In this document: positions 60,032 through 64,000 of the stretch, one piece after another | How the letters are laid out: every line of letters starts with the position of its first letter | Position numbering within the stretch: the stretch's first letter is position 1 | From: Bacteriovoracia bacterium | GTDB lineage: Bacteria > Bdellovibrionota > UBA1018 > JBFWNL01 | Direction: 5' to 3' | Assembly (NCBI GenBank): GCA_050251055.1 | Contig: JBFWNL010000003.1 | Location: 256,001 to 320,000, forward strand | DNA: 64,000 nt | The notes under the pieces: model-generated | What the model was told of the DNA's origin: nothing | Seen by the model: only the letters and a program-made list of their open reading frames with translations | The model's database searches: none | Position numbers and translations under genes: made by a program

Positions 60032-61369
60032 TTAGGCGCTTTCCGCGCTGTCGCCACCGCCGCGGCCGCCCTGGGCGAGCGCTTTTTCTTTGCCTTCGGC
60101 CTTATCCTTCTCGTCGGTCAGTACCAAGATGGGCTTTTCGCCCTTGGTGATGACGTTCTTGGTGATCACGCACTTCTTCACCTCAGATTTGGCGGGCAGG
60201 TCGTACATGATCTCGAGCATGGCCTGCTCGAGGATGGAGCGCAGACCACGGGCGCCGGTGGCGCGCTTGATGGCCTCCTTTGCCACGGCCTCGAGCGCGT
60301 CGGGTTCGAACTCGAGCTGAATGCCGTCGTATTCGAAAAGCTTTCCGTATTGCTTGGAAAGCGCGTTCCGCGGCTCGGTCAAGATGCGGATCAACGCGGC
60401 TTCGTCGAGCTCTTCCAGAGACGCGAACACGGGCAAGCGACCGATGAATTCCGGAATCAATCCGAACTTCACCAGATCTTCCGGGCCGACGTCGCCCAAG
60501 AGCTGCGAAACATTCTCTTCTTTTTTAGAAGCGATGTTCGCGCCAAAGCCCATGCTGCGGCGACCCTTACGGTGGGAAACGATCTTATCGAGGCCCACGA
60601 AAGCGCCCCCACAGATGAACAGGATGTTGCGGGTATCGACCTGCACGAACTCCTGTTGCGGATGCTTACGGCCCCCCTTGGGCGGGATGTTCGCCACGGT
60701 GCCTTCGATGATCTTCAAGAGCGCCTGCTGCACGCCTTCGCCGCTGACGTCGCGGGTGATGGACGGGTTTTCGCCCTTACGAGAAATTTTATCAATTTCG
60801 TCGATGTAAACGATCCCGCGTTGCGCGCGCTCGACGTTGTTATCGCAGCTTTGCAGCAGATTCAGGATGATGTTCTCGACGTCCTCGCCGACGTAACCCG
60901 CCTCGGTCAATGTCGTCGCATCCGCCATCGCGAACGGCACGTTCAGCATCTTGGCCAAGGTCTGCGCGAGCAGGGTCTTGCCCGAACCCGTAGGCCCCAC
61001 GAGCAGGATGTTGCTCTTGGTGAGCTCGATCCCGTCCTTGCTGGCTTTCTTGCCATCGTAATGCTGGATGCGCTTGTAGTGGTTGTACACGGCGACCGCG
61101 AGCGTGCGCTTGGCGCGCTCCTGGCCGATCACGTACTCGTCGAGATAGGATTTGATCTCGGCGGGCTTGGGAAGTTTCTTGTCGCCGAACGTGGTGTTCG
61201 GGGTTTCCTGTTGGCCTTCTTCGGCGATGATGTCGTTACAAAGCTCGATGCATTCATCGCAGATGTAAACGGAAAGCCCCGCGATGAGTTTCTTTACTTC
61301 GCGCTGGTTTTTCCCGCAAAAGGAACAACAGAGATTGCCGAATCCGTCGCCGAATTTTTTGCCGTCCAT
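60032..61369 (-). CDS. clpX: ATP-dependent Clp protease ATP-binding subunit ClpX
   Basis: CSFCGK...ICDEC zinc finger, [19 protein letters not shown] and [14 protein letters not shown]. Confidence 0.99.
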   Translation of the reverse strand: MDGKKFGDGFGNLCCSFCGKNQREVKKLIAGLSVYICDECIELCNDIIAEEGQQETPNTTFGDKKLPKPAEIKSYLDEYVIGQERAKRTLAVAVYNHYKRIQHYDGKKASKDGIELTKSNILLVGPTGSGKTLLAQTLAKMLNVPFAMADATTLTEAGYVGEDVENIILNLLQSCDNNVERAQRGIVYIDEIDKISRKGENPSITRDVSGEGVQQALLKIIEGTVANIPPKGGRKHPQQEFVQVDTRNILFICGGAFVGLDKIVSHRKGRRSMGFGANIASKKEENVSQLLGDVGPEDLVKFGLIPEFIGRLPVFASLEELDEAALIRILTEPRNALSKQYGKLFEYDGIQLEFEPDALEAVAKEAIKRATGARGLRSILEQAMLEIMYDLPAKSEVKKCVITKNVITKGEKPILVLTDEKDKAEGKEKALAQGGRGGGDSAESA

Positions 61370-62022
61370 TAAGTCTGTTCCCTTCTTTCCATGACCTTGT
61401 CGATCAAGCCGTACTTCGCTGCCGCTTCCGCGGAAAGATAGTTGTCGCGATCCGTGTCCCGGCGGATCTCATCCATGCTACGCTTCGTGTGATGCGCCAT
61501 GATCTGATTCAGCCGCTCCTTCAGGTACAAAATTTCCTTCGCCTGGATCTCGATATCCGAGGCCTGCCCGCGGGCGCCGCCCAAGGGTTGGTGAATCATG
61601 ATGCGGCTGTTCGGAAGCGCATAACGATGCCCCGCTTCCCCGGCCGTCAGCAGCAAAGCTCCCATACTCGCAGCTAATCCAATGCAATAGGTGTGCACGG
61701 GGGCCTTTACGAACTGCATCACGTCATAAATTCCCAAGCCCGCGGTCACCGAACCCCCCGGGGAGTTGATATAGAAATGAATCGGCTTATCCGGCTCGCT
61801 GGATTCGAGGAAGAACATTTGGGCGATGAGCAAATTCGCGACCACGTCGTTCACTTCCGTGCCCAAGAACACAATGCGATCGAGAAGCAGGCGCGAGTAA
61901 ATGTCGTATTGACGCTCACCACGCGGGGTTTGTTCGATGACGACCGGATTCGGAATATAGCCCACGACATCGGGCCTCACTAATTCGGCGGGAACTGCAT
62001 TCTTAGATGATCGGATCAACAT
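61369..62022 (-). CDS. clpP: ATP-dependent Clp protease proteolytic subunit
   Basis: [26 protein letters not shown] and DRDNY. Confidence 0.99.
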   Translation of the reverse strand: MLIRSSKNAVPAELVRPDVVGYIPNPVVIEQTPRGERQYDIYSRLLLDRIVFLGTEVNDVVANLLIAQMFFLESSEPDKPIHFYINSPGGSVTAGLGIYDVMQFVKAPVHTYCIGLAASMGALLLTAGEAGHRYALPNSRIMIHQPLGGARGQASDIEIQAKEILYLKERLNQIMAHHTKRSMDEIRRDTDRDNYLSAEAAAKYGLIDKVMERREQT

Positions 62023-62206
62023 ACGCGCCTCCCAGGTTCAAACCCACACCCACATTCGTTAGTATACACACTCTTCGGGTTTGTAACTCCGCAGAATAAG
62101 TGATTTTCACCCAGTTTTCGTGGGTCTTTTTGTACACGTGAGCGCCCGTCTTCTGACGGGGCGATGGCGGGGGTATACCAAAAAAATCCCCATTCCCCAA
62201 ACGGGG

Positions 62207-62563
62207 CTAGTGGCGGGTGACGTTTTTCCCTGAGTTCTTGAGGGGTTTAATGCCGATTGGGGTCGGTTGAGTGAACTGCTTTTCTTCGACCACGGATTCA
62301 GCCGATTCCGCAGTCAAATTTTCGTCGGCGGAAAGCGATTCATTCAAGGATTCGAGATAGGACAACATTGCTACGCGCAACTCTTCCAACGTGAGCTCAC
62401 GATCGGACTGATATCCTGTATCGTGCAAGATTTTGTTGAGCTCACCGACTACCGCATCCTTGGGTAAGCCGCTGGCCGCAACCAAAGTTTCGAGCAAGGC
62501 TTCGCCTTCCTCGTGCTCCGGCTGGTTATTTTCTGCTGCGAATTTTGGTGGCGAAGAATCCAT
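62207..62563 (-). CDS. Small acidic hypothetical protein
   Basis: Helical core L-x2-ASGLP...EL-x2-IL...LTLEELR-x-AMLSYL. Own promoter upstream. Confidence 0.7.
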   Translation of the reverse strand: MDSSPPKFAAENNQPEHEEGEALLETLVAASGLPKDAVVGELNKILHDTGYQSDRELTLEELRVAMLSYLESLNESLSADENLTAESAESVVEEKQFTQPTPIGIKPLKNSGKNVTRH

Positions 62564-62586
62564 TCTTTTTCCCCCGACTGGTTCAA

Positions 62587-62616
62587 AGTATAGAAGCGGC
62601 TTTTTCCGACATGCAA
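62587..62616 (-). promoter_or_regulatory. Putative sigma70 promoter TTGCAT-N18-TATACT
   Basis: Near-consensus hexamers, 23 nt upstream of ATG 62563. Confidence 0.55.
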
Positions 62617-62700
62617 GGTTTGTTTTTATCTGGGAAGAAAATATTAGTTGATTAAAAATACCAGTTATTTCGTCAACTCTTTGGCCTTACCATTTAAGAG

Positions 62701-63201
62701 ATGAAACCCAAATCGAAACTCCTTCCCCGTACCCCCAGTGAATCCTCCGTCATTATGACGGAACTCGTGCTCCCATCGCACGCAAACGTTTTAGGCAGCA
62801 TCTTCGGCGGCACGATCATGGCCTGGATCGACATCGCGGCGGCCATCGCCGCCGGCAAACACGCACGCAGCACCGTGGTCACGGCATCGATTGACGCCCT
62901 TCATTTCATCGCGCCCGTCCGGCTAGGCCAGGTGGTCCACATCCACGCGACGGTAAACCGGGCCTTCCGCACATCGATGGAAGTCGGCGTACGCGTGGAC
63001 GCGGAAGACCAGATCACCGGTGAAGTCACCCACACCGTCACGGCCTACACGACCTTCGTCGCGCTCGACGAAAACCGAAAACCGCGCGAAGTACCGCCTC
63101 TCGAACCGCAATCGCCCGAGGAGATCCGCCGCTACGAAGAAGCGCTGAAGCGCAAAAACTCGCGCGTGGCCTTAGCCGGGGAACTAAAAGGAAAGAAATA
63201 G
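62701..63201 (+). CDS. Acyl-CoA thioesterase (YciA-like hotdog fold)
   Basis: P-x-HAN-x-LG-x-IFGG-x-IMAWID, VVTASID, RTSMEVGV and TFVALD. Confidence 0.93.
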   Translation: MKPKSKLLPRTPSESSVIMTELVLPSHANVLGSIFGGTIMAWIDIAAAIAAGKHARSTVVTASIDALHFIAPVRLGQVVHIHATVNRAFRTSMEVGVRVDAEDQITGEVTHTVTAYTTFVALDENRKPREVPPLEPQSPEEIRRYEEALKRKNSRVALAGELKGKK

Positions 63202-63207
63202 ACGTAA

Positions 63208-64000
63208 CTAGTAGTGGCCGGGCTGTTTGCTTAGCCGCGAGCGCACTTCCCAAAGCTGCGGAAAGCACTTCTTAACGGTCTGGCTGCGCAGATAATTCAC
63301 GCCGGCGGATCCGCCCGTGCCCATCTTAAATCCAATAATGCGCTCCACCACGCGCACATGGTGCTCGCGCCAAAGCGATAAGTACTCATCGAATTCTACG
63401 AGCGCTTCGCAGAGCAGGTAGATGGGGAGCATGTTGTCCGGCTCGGAATAAATCTTCGTCAGGGCGACCATCACTTTCTCATGATCCGCCTCCGACATCG
63501 GATCCACCGCCTGGGCCGCCGTGCCCACATCAAAGCCCTGCTTGCCAAGCGTCGTAAAGAAGGAGTGGCGCAGATCCGGCTCGGCCATTCGTTGCTTGAG
63601 GCGCGCCAGGTATTCCGGCTGGTTTTGAAAGGACTTGAAGTAGTTTTCATTCTTCATCCCCGCCAAGAACTCGATCTCGCGGTATTGGATGGACTGAAAG
63701 CCGCTTGCGGGGCCCAAGGAATCGCGGAACTCGAGGAACTCGAGCGGCGTCATGGTCTCTAAAATATGGATCTGCGGCACGAGCAAGCGCAGGATCTCGA
63801 CCACGCGCTTCACGAAGTGATGCGCGCGCAAGACCTTCCCCTCGTTCATGTAGCGGATGCTGTTCTCCATCTCGTGCAGCACGAGTTTGAACCAAAGCTC
63901 GTACGTTTGATGGATGACAATAAAGAGCATCTCGTCATGGTGCGCCGGTTTGGAGAGCGGCTGCTGGAGTGCCAGCAAATCTGGAACCTTCAGGTACGCG
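63208..64000 (-). CDS. kynA: Tryptophan 2,3-dioxygenase, 5'-truncated by the window edge
   Basis: HDEMLFIVIHQTYELWFK, ASGFQS-x-QYR and VERIIG-x-K-x-GTGGS. Frame stays open to the window end (AYLKVPDLL). Confidence 0.95.
   Translation of the reverse strand, partial: AYLKVPDLLALQQPLSKPAHHDEMLFIVIHQTYELWFKLVLHEMENSIRYMNEGKVLRAHHFVKRVVEILRLLVPQIHILETMTPLEFLEFRDSLGPASGFQSIQYREIEFLAGMKNENYFKSFQNQPEYLARLKQRMAEPDLRHSFFTTLGKQGFDVGTAAQAVDPMSEADHEKVMVALTKIYSEPDNMLPIYLLCEALVEFDEYLSLWREHHVRVVERIIGFKMGTGGSAGVNYLRSQTVKKCFPQLWEVRSRLSKQPGHY

Overview
GC-rich bacterial chromosome segment. It is most likely Bdellovibrionota/deltaproteobacteria-like, inferred from the TIGR02147-type regulator, PA14 lipoproteins and operon layout. 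The backbone is housekeeping: iscS-like/thiI, the complete S10-spc-alpha ribosomal cluster on the minus strand (rpsJ to rplQ, with secY, adk, map, infA and an unlisted rpmJ), rpsL-rpsG-fusA-tuf, clpP-clpX-lon, an acyl-CoA thioesterase and a partial tryptophan 2,3-dioxygenase. Genes for exported proteins repeatedly break this backbone. (i) About 14 kb separates tuf from rpsJ. It holds a PA14/beta-helix surface protein, a Cys-rich secreted protein, an unannotated 49-aa membrane peptide, a five-gene ABC/LolA-like/outer-membrane cassette, and a divergent TIGR02147-regulator plus secreted-protein module bracketed by an exact 25-bp duplication of the tuf terminator. (ii) A GT-C-like membrane gene sits between rpsG and fusA. 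(iii) A 12-kb block holds a patatin-fold protein with Cys at the nucleophile position, two tandem uncharacterised secreted paralogs, and a divergent short/long pair of Ig-repeat lipoproteins sharing one tip domain. (iv) A Cys-repeat secreted gene lies antisense between clpX and lon. No rRNA, tRNA, CRISPR array, integrase or transposase was recognised. All family assignments are by eye from motifs, with no database searches.
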